64,000 bases of DNA from the NCBI RefSeq assembly GCF_057098645.1, contig NZ_CM169472.1. One strand, written 5' to 3'. The translations under genes were made by a program, and so were the position numbers. The notes beneath the pieces were generated by a model. It had not been told where the DNA came from. It saw only the letters and a list, made by a program, of their open reading frames with translations, and searched no databases. Below, in pieces: positions 20,666-31,895 of this stretch. Within the stretch, counting starts at the first letter, position 1. Every line of letters begins with the position of its first letter.

Positions 20666-22024
20666 TTAATTCACCTCAGAAATCTCTTCCAACGACACCT
20701 TCCGCGTTTCGATGCCAAAAATGGAGAGAACCAGCGCACAGAGCAATAACATGACACCAAGTACCATAAACACCGTGATCGCCCCATAATGTGTTAATAA
20801 TGCCGCAACGCCATAGGGCGTGAAGACTGCGACGATCCGTCCGACGGCATTAACGAAACCCGAACCGCGCAGGCGTAAATGCGTTGGCCAAAGCTCCGGG
20901 ATATAAACCGCCGACGCGAAGCAAACATACATGTATAAAAAGAAGATCATCACCAGGCCATAGATTAAAATCGCCCACTCTGTAGTCTGAATTGAATAGA
21001 TATAGCCTAACACGGCAATAATAATAAGTAAGGTGGAGCCAAATAACCGACGAGGAAAATGATCAATAATTAATGCCGCAATAAATATTCCTACCGGAGC
21101 GCCAATCATAATAACAGCGGTCATTAATATTGATTTATCGACATCAATGCCGGAGTTAACAAATATGGTCGGTATCCATACGGTGATGGTATAAAGTGAA
21201 ATGTTCATTGCAATTAAAACAGTAATCGCGACTAATGTACGTCGTAACATTTCACCTTTAAACAGGAGCCAGAAAGTACCCTTGATTACGTTAACCTTGC
21301 TGTTGCTCTGATACGAAGTAAGCGGGGGTAAACGAATACTCTTCTCTCTTTCAATTTGCTGCTCTACTTCACGAAGTTGGCTTTCTGCACCGGCGATTTG
21401 CCCTTTCCCTGCCAGCCATCGTGGCGACTCGATAAAGTATTTACCTGAGAGAAACCAGGCTAACAGTATGCCAATACCACCCAACAGAAACATTATCCGC
21501 CAACTAAAAAAAGCGATAACCACCACACCTATCGCCGCAGACAGCATGGGCGACCAGTTACCAACAAATGAGAGCCGCGCGGACCATTTTCCACGCACCG
21601 TCGCGGGGATAAACTCCGTAAATGAGGCATAGCCAACCATAATCAGCGCCCCCATTCCTGTTCCCATCAGGAAGCGAAAGAAGATGAGCCAGTACATATC
21701 AGGGACAAAAGCGGCCCCTGTTGCAGCAATACCGACGATGAGAAGATTTATGCGAAACGCCCTGCGCCGCCCAAAGTAATCACCGATGAACCCACCGGTA
21801 AGAGAGCCGATGAAATAACCAAACATTAATGCCGAGGTAAAGGCGGCATTGAGGAAATTATTTGACCATCCATTGCTTACCAGCTTTGCTAAGACGACAT
21901 TACCGGAGTAACTCAAAAACCCTGTTAATAACAGACTAAAGCTTATAATACCAAATATACGATAATGAAACCGGGCCAAAGGCAAGCGGTCCAGTCTTGC
22001 GCCAATTTGATCATATTGTTCCAT
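20666..22024 (-). CDS. ydjE: MFS transporter (sugar/metabolite porter family)
   Basis: 452 aa from internal ATG (MEQYDQIGARLDRLP...), 12-TM profile. Confidence 0.85.
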   Translation of the reverse strand: MEQYDQIGARLDRLPLARFHYRIFGIISFSLLLTGFLSYSGNVVLAKLVSNGWSNNFLNAAFTSALMFGYFIGSLTGGFIGDYFGRRRAFRINLLIVGIAATGAAFVPDMYWLIFFRFLMGTGMGALIMVGYASFTEFIPATVRGKWSARLSFVGNWSPMLSAAIGVVVIAFFSWRIMFLLGGIGILLAWFLSGKYFIESPRWLAGKGQIAGAESQLREVEQQIEREKSIRLPPLTSYQSNSKVNVIKGTFWLLFKGEMLRRTLVAITVLIAMNISLYTITVWIPTIFVNSGIDVDKSILMTAVIMIGAPVGIFIAALIIDHFPRRLFGSTLLIIIAVLGYIYSIQTTEWAILIYGLVMIFFLYMYVCFASAVYIPELWPTHLRLRGSGFVNAVGRIVAVFTPYGVAALLTHYGAITVFMVLGVMLLLCALVLSIFGIETRKVSLEEISEVN

Positions 22025-22141
22025 TGGGTGCCTCGGATTTGCTAAAAAAGGTAGCAATTGCGGCAAATTCACTTGCCGCATCTTTATTATCATTTTATTT
22101 CCAGGCACAGGAACAAATAATATTGACAACGTGTGCTTAAA

Positions 22142-22900
22142 TTACCACACCAGCTGGATATTATTGTCTTTGCAAAATGCTATCCACTCTGCACCCGGTG
22201 ATTTATCAGTTATTATGTAATTAATATGACTAAAGTCAGCTAACTGGACAAAAGCTTTGCGATCAAACTTAGAGTGATCAACCAATAACGCAACTTCTGT
22301 CGCCTGACGGATCATTGTCTTTTTGATTTCAGCTTCCGCTTCATTAGAGTCCAGCGCGCCGCTGTTAATATCAAGACCTTTACAACTCATTACCATGATA
22401 TCGACATGATAGCGGCTGATGATCTCTTTAGTAATTCTTCCTTGCAGTGAAAGTGTATTTTTGTTTAGTTCCCCACCCGTTGAAACGACTTTAATTTCTG
22501 ACTGAGCCAGAACATGAATCGCTTCCGCCGAGTTGGTTAGCAACGTCAGGTCACTACGGTCCTGTAACAATTTGAGCAATTCCATTACGGTACTACTGGA
22601 ATCGGCTGCCATGGTGGTTTTATTGTCGATAAAGGGTAGTGCCTTGCGTGCAATAAGCTGCTTCTCTTCATAAAACGATGAAGCGCGCTTATAAAAATGG
22701 ATATTCTCCGTCAACATCGCTGTATTTAAAACAGCACCACCATAGGTTCTGGTCAAAAAGCCCTCATCTTCCAGCTTCTCAAGATCGCGGCGAATGGTTT
22801 CTTCGGTTACCTGAAAAATCCCACTCAAATTTGAGACTGTCACCTTTTTATCGTTGGCAACCATTTGCTTAATTGCCTGAATCCTGTCTTTTGCCGCCAC
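22142..22900 (-). CDS. ydjF: DeoR-family transcriptional regulator
   Basis: 252-aa ORF with N-terminal HTH and C-terminal sugar-phosphate-binding domain. Confidence 0.85.
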   Translation of the reverse strand: MAAKDRIQAIKQMVANDKKVTVSNLSGIFQVTEETIRRDLEKLEDEGFLTRTYGGAVLNTAMLTENIHFYKRASSFYEEKQLIARKALPFIDNKTTMAADSSSTVMELLKLLQDRSDLTLLTNSAEAIHVLAQSEIKVVSTGGELNKNTLSLQGRITKEIISRYHVDIMVMSCKGLDINSGALDSNEAEAEIKKTMIRQATEVALLVDHSKFDRKAFVQLADFSHINYIITDKSPGAEWIAFCKDNNIQLVW

Positions 22901-23036
22901 GATTACACCCCTGTATCTTTTTACATCACATTAGCACGATTATCGCATAACCGATGTTTACTTTCAAAATAACCTGTTTGAATCACAGATTTTCATCACA
23001 GTTTTCACAGAAACAGAGGTGAATCGTGTTGAGTAT

Positions 23037-24017
23037 TTAACGCTCCAGGGCCTCTGCCATTTCCCTCATCAATGTTGCGTCTGCATCCGATAAGTTGATA
23101 TTCAGTGCCGCGACATTTTCGCGTACCTGTTCCGGTGCAGTAGCCCCACTAAGAATGGAGATTAAATCACTCTGTTTTAATATCCACGCCAGTGCCAGAG
23201 TGGGAATTGTGCACTGATAACGAGCACAAAGTGGCTGCCACTGTTCAAGCATATCAATCACTTTCAGCATGTTTTCACGCTGGAACCAGACTTTATTTGC
23301 CCGAGCGCCGCCCGGAACGTAATCACGAGTGATGGTGCCGGTCAACAATCCCTGCTCTAGCGGGGAATAAACCTGAACCACAATGCCATTATCACGACAT
23401 AGCGGCAGCAGTTCGTTTTCCATTGCCCGGTCGAGGATACTGTATTTCGCCTGAATAATATCCAGTTCACCATATTGCAGATACTCGCGGATATGGTCAG
23501 CATCGACGTTAGCAGCGCCTATAGCGCGAATTTTCCCTTCAGCCTTTAACTCATTAAGCACTGCGACAGTTTCAGCGATCGGCGTATAAAATGGCGGCAC
23601 CGACTGCCAGTGCGTCATGTAGATATCGATGTAATCAATACCCAGACGTTGCAAGCTGGCTTCTACCTCTTCGCGGATAGATTCCGGGGAAAGGTTTTTA
23701 TACAACTGCCGATCGCCAACTTTGTTGAATAAACTTCCTTTTCGTTCCCAGACAATGCCGCATTTGGTTTCTACTACAACCTGTTCACGGGGCAGTTTTT
23801 TTAACGCCTGACCGACGATAACTTCACTATTGCCAAAGTTATATCCTGGTGCAGTATCAATCAGATTAATGCCGCAACGATGGGCTTCAAGAATCGTATC
23901 AATACATATTTGCCGATCGAGATCGCCATTCCATGCAGGACCGCCGCCAATGGCCCATGTCCCCAACCCCATTCGCGAAAGCGTAATATCCGTTGTGCCT
24001 AAAGGTATCTTTTTCAT
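23037..24017 (-). CDS. ydjG: Aldo-keto reductase
   Basis: 326-aa ORF, AKR family; part of the ydj cluster. Confidence 0.85.
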   Translation of the reverse strand: MKKIPLGTTDITLSRMGLGTWAIGGGPAWNGDLDRQICIDTILEAHRCGINLIDTAPGYNFGNSEVIVGQALKKLPREQVVVETKCGIVWERKGSLFNKVGDRQLYKNLSPESIREEVEASLQRLGIDYIDIYMTHWQSVPPFYTPIAETVAVLNELKAEGKIRAIGAANVDADHIREYLQYGELDIIQAKYSILDRAMENELLPLCRDNGIVVQVYSPLEQGLLTGTITRDYVPGGARANKVWFQRENMLKVIDMLEQWQPLCARYQCTIPTLALAWILKQSDLISILSGATAPEQVRENVAALNINLSDADATLMREMAEALER

Positions 24018-24026
24018 TTGCCTTCA

Positions 24027-24974
24027 TTATCCTTCGTATTCTTCCAGCAATTGTTCGACCAGCTTTCTGTTTTTTACGCCGGTGGTGGCACCGACGCTTA
24101 GAACCGAGATAGCCGCCGTTGCATTGGCAAAGCGTGCGCATTCACGCAGATTTTTGCCTTCTAACAGTGCCGCAATAAAACCTGAAGCAAAGTTATCGCC
24201 CGCGCCAATGGTGTCGATGGCGGTTATTCCTGCGACCGCCGGCACCTTCATCGTCATCTCACCACGCTTGATAAAGCAGCCGTCTTTACCCGTTTTAATC
24301 ACCACCGTTTTTACGCCGCACGCAAGAAAGCAGTCAGCAATTTCATCCAGTGTCTCTTTCCCGGTGAGTAATTTTGCCTCGGCATAATTAGGAAACAGAT
24401 AATCGACATAACTCAATGCTTCGCAAATATCATCCAGCGTTTCATTCAACCGCGGTTTGATCATATCGGCACAGATAATCATCTGCCGGGCTTTAGCTTG
24501 CGTAAAAATTTCTGTTAGCGCTTTACCATCCAATAGTGGACTGTTGAAAATACTGGCCAGTGATAATAATTTTGCCTGGGAAAACCGAGCAAAATCAACA
24601 TCGTCAATATTCAATTTCCACAGACTGCCGTTACGGTTTGTGACAAACGTCCGCTCGCCATCCTCCGTCACCAGTCCAACATTAATAGAGGTATCTATGT
24701 TGACGTCCTGCTTCAGGCTTTGAATATCAATATTCTCTTTGCGGCAATGGTCGAGAATAAACTGCCCTGCGGCATCTTTACCAATACGGCTCATTAATGC
24801 TGTACGATGGCCCAGACGAGAAATAATTGTTGCTTCATTTATTGCATCACCCCCGGTGGTCATTGCGATTCTTTCAAGAGGATAAGAATCCACATCAAAG
24901 ATATTTTTACTGACCGGTTGCAATGGAATATCAACAATAGCGGCACCTATACAAATAACGTCGAGATTATCCAT
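24027..24974 (-). CDS. ydjH: PfkB-family sugar kinase
   Basis: 315 aa from internal ATG (MDNLDVICIGAAIVD...); C-terminal GAGDNF motif; start overlaps the ydjI stop. Confidence 0.8.
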   Translation of the reverse strand: MDNLDVICIGAAIVDIPLQPVSKNIFDVDSYPLERIAMTTGGDAINEATIISRLGHRTALMSRIGKDAAGQFILDHCRKENIDIQSLKQDVNIDTSINVGLVTEDGERTFVTNRNGSLWKLNIDDVDFARFSQAKLLSLASIFNSPLLDGKALTEIFTQAKARQMIICADMIKPRLNETLDDICEALSYVDYLFPNYAEAKLLTGKETLDEIADCFLACGVKTVVIKTGKDGCFIKRGEMTMKVPAVAGITAIDTIGAGDNFASGFIAALLEGKNLRECARFANATAAISVLSVGATTGVKNRKLVEQLLEEYEG

Positions 24975-24978
24975 ATCA

Positions 24979-25815
24979 TTATTCCGCTTTGCCATCAGAA
25001 CCGAACAGTTTAATTTTTTCCAATGCCCGTTCTTTTACAGCTTTACGTACTTCACGTTCTAAATGCAGGAAAGGCTGATCCTGGTTTTCTTTCACTGCGA
25101 CCATTGCGGCCTGACAGAGCTCCGTATGGATGTTGATTTTCGCGATACCCAACGAAATTGCAGTTTTAATGTCGGCATCACTGATCCCCGATGCGCCATG
25201 CAAAACCAGCGGAACAGACACGGCATCGCGTACGCGTTTGACGACCTCAAAGTTCAATTGTGGCTCTGACGTATAAACCCCATGCTGGTTGCCGATGGCG
25301 ACAGCCAATGAGTCACAGCCCGTACGTTCAACAAATTCAGCCGCCTGGTCAGGATCGGTATAGTGATAGCCCGCCAGCGCTTCCTCATAAACGGTTTCAT
25401 TACCGACATGCCCTAATTCCGCCTCTACCGGAATACCCAGCGGATGGAAGAAATCGACAGCCTCTTTGGTTAAGCGAATATTTTCTTCGAAATCAAATGC
25501 GGAAGCATCACGCATTAATGAATTCATACCATGAGTCCAGGCGTTATGAATAATCTCCATACTCCGACCATGATCCCAATGAGTTATTACCGGCACAGTT
25601 GCTTTTCGTGCCATTGATACCATCATGTGAGAGAAATCTTCAAATGAGGTGTTGCCGACAAAACCTGTACCAAAAGAAATAATAACCGGTGATTTCGCTT
25701 CTTCGGCTGCGTCGATAACGCCCATCAACATTTCTGCATTCCATACATTAAAATGGGCAATAGCATAACGTTTATTTGTGGCATCGTTTTCCCAATATCT
25801 GATATCTGCGAGCAT
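24979..25815 (-). CDS. ydjI: Class II (metal-dependent) aldolase, fructose/tagatose-bisphosphate aldolase family
   Basis: 278-aa ORF, class II aldolase family. Confidence 0.85.
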   Translation of the reverse strand: MLADIRYWENDATNKRYAIAHFNVWNAEMLMGVIDAAEEAKSPVIISFGTGFVGNTSFEDFSHMMVSMARKATVPVITHWDHGRSMEIIHNAWTHGMNSLMRDASAFDFEENIRLTKEAVDFFHPLGIPVEAELGHVGNETVYEEALAGYHYTDPDQAAEFVERTGCDSLAVAIGNQHGVYTSEPQLNFEVVKRVRDAVSVPLVLHGASGISDADIKTAISLGIAKINIHTELCQAAMVAVKENQDQPFLHLEREVRKAVKERALEKIKLFGSDGKAE

Positions 25816-25835
25816 GTTCTATTCTCCCGTATTAA

Positions 25836-26879
25836 TTAATCGCTAATCTTAATAACGCCTTTAATAATGTCGCGTTTATTGTTAACTGACTCTTCAAATG
25901 CCTGTTGTACATCCCGATAATCGTAAATATGCGTCACCATCGATTTCACATCGAATCGCCCTGAAGAAATAGCTTCAATCGTGACCGGATAACGATTGGC
26001 GTAGCGGAATACCGTCTGGATAGTAACTTCGCGATTTATTTTGAGGAAATTGATTGCCGAATCGCCGGGTACAGTACCAACAATCATAATTTTACCGCCG
26101 CGCATTACCAGATAAGGTGCCTGTTTAACGGTGACCGCAGAACCCGCTGTTTCGAAAACAATATCTGCGCCCATGTCTTCGGTAAATTGCTGACAGCGTG
26201 CAATAGTGTCTTCTTTTGCGCCGTTAATAACCACTGTCGCACCAAGCTGTTCCGCCATTGCCAGACGTTTTTCCAGCACATCAACGACGGCAATTTCCGT
26301 TGCTCCCAGGCATTTGCACGCTTGCAACGTCATCAAACCAATACAACCCGCTCCCAGAATAATTATCTTCTTACCCGGTTTAACATCTGCCAGCATCGCG
26401 GCATGCATCCCGACTGCGGCAGGCTCCACCAGCGCCCCTTCCATCGTGTCCATATTGTCGGGCAGTTTGTAAGTAAAGCTCTCCGGATGACACAGATAGT
26501 GCGTTAATGCGCCGCGGTAGTTGGGTTGTGTCGCCATAAAATCAACGTCTGGGCAGATGTTATATTTGCCTTCCAGACAGTAACGACAGTGACCGCAAGG
26601 AACGCCAGGTTCGATATTTACCCGATCCCCCGGTTTAAATTTGCGCACGCGGCTTCCCACAGCCACAACCGTCCCGGCGCATTCATGACCCAGGCCAATT
26701 TCTTGATTTGGGTCTTTAGGCGGAATAAACGGACCTGATTCAAAACCATGTACATCTGAACCACAAATACCGACATATTCTACTTTAATCAAAACTTCAT
26801 CTTCTTTAGGCACTGGTATTTCTGCTGAAATAATTTTCATTGTGCCCGGCACCTGCAATATTGCTTTTGAATTTTTCAT
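25836..26879 (-). CDS. ydjJ: Zinc-dependent alcohol/polyol dehydrogenase (MDR family)
   Basis: 347-aa ORF; catalytic zinc motif GHECAG and structural Cys cluster. Confidence 0.85.
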   Translation of the reverse strand: MKNSKAILQVPGTMKIISAEIPVPKEDEVLIKVEYVGICGSDVHGFESGPFIPPKDPNQEIGLGHECAGTVVAVGSRVRKFKPGDRVNIEPGVPCGHCRYCLEGKYNICPDVDFMATQPNYRGALTHYLCHPESFTYKLPDNMDTMEGALVEPAAVGMHAAMLADVKPGKKIIILGAGCIGLMTLQACKCLGATEIAVVDVLEKRLAMAEQLGATVVINGAKEDTIARCQQFTEDMGADIVFETAGSAVTVKQAPYLVMRGGKIMIVGTVPGDSAINFLKINREVTIQTVFRYANRYPVTIEAISSGRFDVKSMVTHIYDYRDVQQAFEESVNNKRDIIKGVIKISD

Positions 26880-26895
26880 TTTGAATCCACCCGTA

Positions 26896-28275
26896 TTATT
26901 TATTGGCTACTGCATCAATACTTAAACTTTCAACGGAGACACCTTTGGTTTCGATTCCAATGGTGGCGATAGCAATTGCTACAATAATTGAAACCGCCCC
27001 CAGAAGAATAAAGACTCCCGTAACGCCATAACTACTGAGCAGCACTGCAACGGCATAAGGTGCGGCAATACCACTGATTCGCCCTACCGCATTCGCCAGA
27101 CCGGAGCCACGGAGTTTGGCCTCTGTCGGCCAGATCTCAGGGACATACACTGCCGAGGCATAGCAAACGTACATATAGACAAAAGTAATCAGGAAGAAAC
27201 CAATCAACGTTATGAGCAACATACTGGTTTGCAGTGAATAGATATATCCGAGCACCGCAATCAGGATTAATAGCCCCACCCCCATTGTTTTACGCGGAAT
27301 TTTATCCATCACCAGCATGGCAATAAAAATGCCAAATGGCGCGCCAAACATACTCATGGTATTTAAAACAATCGAGTCTTTTAAATTAATCCCCTGGGTC
27401 ATGAATATCGTTGGCAACCAGTTAATTAGTGTGTACTGCACAACGTTCATGGCAATCAGCACACAAGAGCCTAATATCACGCGTTTCAGTAATACTCCTG
27501 TCAGTAAGGCTGAATACGGCACCGCTTGTGGTGCTTTACCGTCATCAGCAATAACCACGGGCGGCAAAGGTTTACCTGTCTGGCGTATGACGCCTTCTTC
27601 TATACTCCGCATGACTTTCTCGGCTTCCTGATACCGTCCGCGCGATTCCAGCCAGCGCGGGGATTCAGGAAAGTAGCGCCAGGCCAGCGCCGTAGCGATA
27701 AGCGACAATATTGCAGGGATAAGCAGTTGTACCCGCCAGTTCCACTCTGCACTAATCAGCGGCGTGAGTCCCATCGCTATCAATGAACAGAGCGGATATG
27801 ACCAGTTGCCAATAAAGGAAACCCGACTTGACCACGTTCCACGATTTCTACCGGGCATATATTCGGTGAAACCAGCAAACAGCGTAACCAGTAAAGCTCC
27901 CAGCCCAACTCCCATCACAAAACGGCAGGCAATAAGGAAATCCATATTCGGTGAGAAAGCACCGACAACCATCGAGGCAATATGAATGGCCTCATAGAGG
28001 ATGAACGCATTTCTGCGACCGGTTTTGTCGCCAATGATGCCGCCCACCAGCGCACCGAGAAACATTCCGGCGGTCGTGATTGCTGAGAATGTGGCTGTGG
28101 TGGAATTATCTGTCCAGCCCAACGCTTTCAGCTGCGCGAGGATCAAGCCACCAACGGCATTACTCCAGCAGACAAGCAAGCCAAACGCGACGATGGCAAA
28201 CATTGATGAATGCCAGCGGCAATCCGGTAAGCGATCCAGCCGTGCACCACAATGCGGTTTTGTTATCTGTTCCAT
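26896..28275 (-). CDS. ydjK: MFS transporter
   Basis: 459-aa hydrophobic ORF, sugar-porter-like. Confidence 0.85.
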   Translation of the reverse strand: MEQITKPHCGARLDRLPDCRWHSSMFAIVAFGLLVCWSNAVGGLILAQLKALGWTDNSTTATFSAITTAGMFLGALVGGIIGDKTGRRNAFILYEAIHIASMVVGAFSPNMDFLIACRFVMGVGLGALLVTLFAGFTEYMPGRNRGTWSSRVSFIGNWSYPLCSLIAMGLTPLISAEWNWRVQLLIPAILSLIATALAWRYFPESPRWLESRGRYQEAEKVMRSIEEGVIRQTGKPLPPVVIADDGKAPQAVPYSALLTGVLLKRVILGSCVLIAMNVVQYTLINWLPTIFMTQGINLKDSIVLNTMSMFGAPFGIFIAMLVMDKIPRKTMGVGLLILIAVLGYIYSLQTSMLLITLIGFFLITFVYMYVCYASAVYVPEIWPTEAKLRGSGLANAVGRISGIAAPYAVAVLLSSYGVTGVFILLGAVSIIVAIAIATIGIETKGVSVESLSIDAVANK

Positions 28276-28301
28276 GCGATAACGTTCCTTCAGGAGAGTG
28301 G

Positions 28302-29378
28302 TTATTCATCAAAGTCGTAAGTCATGATCACTTTGATTGCGGTTTTATCGACCATCGCATCAAACCCTTCGCGCCATTGCGACAGGCCGATACGATGCGT
28401 GATCATCGGTTTGACTTTGATAGCGCCGCTGGCTAATAGCCTGATAGCGTTACGCCATGAGGTGGAGTCATAGGCCATATGCCCAATGATGCTTTTGTTC
28501 CAGGCGGTAATGTCATTAATCGAGAAATCAAGAGGTTTGAAGCCCATTCCAACGCGTACCACTTCCCCGTTCGGGCGGAGCATTTCGATGGCTTGTTTCA
28601 GTGCGATATTGGCACCGGAGCATTCAATCACCAGTCCCAGATTGTCTTTGCCACAAATTTGCTGGCAGCGCGCCACCACATCTTCGGTAGAACCATTTAC
28701 TACTGCCGTCGCACCCAGTTCTTTTGCAACCGGGAAGCGGACCGCCACATCTTCTTGCAGACCAACGACGACGATATTTACCGCCCCCATAATTCGCGCC
28801 ATTTGTACGGAGAACAGCCCGAGTGGGCCAGTGCCGATGACGACCACATCCTGACCAGGGAGGAATTTCGATTGCTGCGCGATGGATTTGTAGGCATTAC
28901 AGATAGGGTCAAGTACGGCTGCGTCCTCATAATCAACACCATCAGGGATTTCCCACAACGCATGACGGTGAATTTTGAGAATTTCACCAGGAACCAGACA
29001 ATATTTGGAAAAACCACCGCCCCAGGTATTGTTATCCAGACCAAGGTTTACTTTTTCTGTACAACACAGAAAATCACCTTGTTCACAGGCCGGACAAACG
29101 CCGCAGACGTGACCGCTGTTATCCGACACGACGCGTTGCCCCACTTTCCAGTCTTTGACTTTTTCACCAACCTGCGCAATACAACCTGCAAACTCATGGC
29201 CGCGGATAGAGTTAAACTCATCAGAACCGCTATCGACATTGTAGTGCTTCATGTCTGCGCCGCAGATTGCCGCGGCTTTAATTTCAATCACTACATCTTC
29301 CGGGCCACAAATGGGTTGTGGCACATCGATCATCTTGTAGCCGCCAAAGGCTTTGCCAAACCGAGCCAGTGCTTTCAT
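28302..29378 (-). CDS. ydjL: Zinc-dependent alcohol/polyol dehydrogenase (MDR family)
   Basis: 358-aa ORF; GHEFAG zinc motif, Rossmann GTGPLG. Confidence 0.85.
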   Translation of the reverse strand: MKALARFGKAFGGYKMIDVPQPICGPEDVVIEIKAAAICGADMKHYNVDSGSDEFNSIRGHEFAGCIAQVGEKVKDWKVGQRVVSDNSGHVCGVCPACEQGDFLCCTEKVNLGLDNNTWGGGFSKYCLVPGEILKIHRHALWEIPDGVDYEDAAVLDPICNAYKSIAQQSKFLPGQDVVVIGTGPLGLFSVQMARIMGAVNIVVVGLQEDVAVRFPVAKELGATAVVNGSTEDVVARCQQICGKDNLGLVIECSGANIALKQAIEMLRPNGEVVRVGMGFKPLDFSINDITAWNKSIIGHMAYDSTSWRNAIRLLASGAIKVKPMITHRIGLSQWREGFDAMVDKTAIKVIMTYDFDE

Positions 29379-29747
29379 TGCGTCATCCTCTGTGTTTTGT
29401 TTTGCTTAGATGGTCATCATACTTACCCACATGATTTTTGAGGTCAACATTAAATCTGTAAAACACAGATAATGATCTGCGTTTTACAACTCAGATCACA
29501 ATTACGCAGAAAATGGCTGGGTCTGTTACAGGTTGATGGAAGGCGGGGCGCAAAAAGAGCAAATTCGAGAGGGATTACCGGCCAAATAGGTCTGAGACTT
29601 AAGTTCAGGAGAAGTCATTCAGGTGTGAACGCGACGGCAAGAGATCGGACTGGGACTTAGCCAGGTCATGGCGAGATAATTGAGATGAGTCGTGGGGTCA
29701 TTGTTGGCTATCCCCTTCATAGCCGCGGCAAAAAGGGGATGAACCAC

Positions 29748-30020
29748 TTACTCAAACATGGCAATAGGCTTTGCTGAGATACCAAAATCTTCTTTTAACT
29801 GCTGTTTGCTCTTCATGACCATCTGACCATTTGTGTCAATTGTCATATGCTGTGCTTCGGTATTATGGCGGGCTTGCCATAGCATCACCAGTTGCAGGCA
29901 GTTCTCTTTTTGTTCCTCGGTCAACGCAACGCCATCAGGCCATTTCCCCAGTTCAACGGCGGTCGACAAACGCTGGTATACCTCAGGCGTCATGCTGTTG
30001 ATAATGTCATCAAGATTCAT
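29748..30020 (-). CDS. yeaC: DUF1315 family small protein
   Basis: 90 aa from internal ATG (MNLDDIINSMTPEVYQRL...); directly downstream of msrB on the same strand. Confidence 0.75.
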   Translation of the reverse strand: MNLDDIINSMTPEVYQRLSTAVELGKWPDGVALTEEQKENCLQLVMLWQARHNTEAQHMTIDTNGQMVMKSKQQLKEDFGISAKPIAMFE

Positions 30021-30061
30021 AATTTTTCCGCTCCTGTGGAATAAGTTGCTGAATCGTTTTT

Positions 30062-30475
30062 TCAACCGTTGATTTCTTTGCCGTTTTCGCCATCGGTAAA
30101 GCGTAAAGAGGCAGAGTTAACACAATAACGTTCGCCCGTTGGCTGCGGCCCGTCGGGGAAGACATGCCCCAGATGTGCATCACAGTTACCGCAACGAATT
30201 TCTATGCGCTGCATTCCATGTGACAAGTCTTTGATATAACGAATGGATTCTTCACTTACCGGTTCGTAGAAACTGGGCCAGCCACAGCCGGAATCATACT
30301 TGGTTTGGGAATGAAACAGCGGGGCATCGCAGATCAAACAGTGATATACGCCGTCACGCTTGTTATGCAGTAAACGACCCGTAAATGGCGGCTCTGTCCC
30401 ATGATTCTGCGTCACGTAAAACTGCATCTCGGACAAATTTTTTTTCAGTTCTTCTGCCGAAGGTTTATTAGCCAT
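30062..30475 (-). CDS. msrB: Peptide methionine sulfoxide reductase B
   Basis: 137 aa from internal ATG ([12 protein letters not shown]...); CxxC...CxxC zinc site and SelR domain. Confidence 0.9.
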   Translation of the reverse strand: MANKPSAEELKKNLSEMQFYVTQNHGTEPPFTGRLLHNKRDGVYHCLICDAPLFHSQTKYDSGCGWPSFYEPVSEESIRYIKDLSHGMQRIEIRCGNCDAHLGHVFPDGPQPTGERYCVNSASLRFTDGENGKEING

Positions 30476-30804
30476 TTGCTCACATCTCACTTTAATCGTG
30501 CTCACATTACGTGACTGATTCTAACAAAACATTAACACCAACTGGCAAAATTTTGTCCTAAACTTGATCTCGACGAAATGGCTGCACCTAAATCGTGATG
30601 AAAATCACATTTTTATCGTAATTGCCCTTTAAAATTCGGGGCGCCGACCCCATGTGGTCTCAAGCCCAAAGGAAGAGTGAGGCGAGTCAGTCGCGTAATG
30701 CTTAGGCACAGGATTGATTTGTCGCAATGATTGACACGATTCCGCTTGACGCTGCGTAAGGTTTTTGTAATTTTACAGGCAACCTTTTATTCACTAACAA
30801 ATAG

Positions 30805-31812
<1,008 letters not shown>

Positions 31813-31833
31813 GTTGAGATGACACTGTGATCT

Positions 31834-31864
31834 AAAAAGAGCGACTTCGGTCGCTCTTTTTTTT
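31834..31864 (+). terminator. Rho-independent terminator of gapA
   Basis: AAAAAGAGCGAC-TTCG-GTCGCTCTTTTTTTT: GC-rich hairpin followed by a T-run, 22 nt after the gapA stop. Confidence 0.65.
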
Positions 31865-31895
31865 ACCTGATAAAATGAAGTTAAAGGACTGCGTC

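Noticed and set aside
28479-29441. 320-aa plus-strand ORF antisense to ydjL
   Set aside because: Embedded in a well-supported dehydrogenase gene on the other strand; no start context or family resemblance
29472-29660. 62-aa ORF in the ydjL–yeaC intergenic region
   Set aside because: Arg-rich low-complexity translation, no RBS; more likely promoter/terminator DNA
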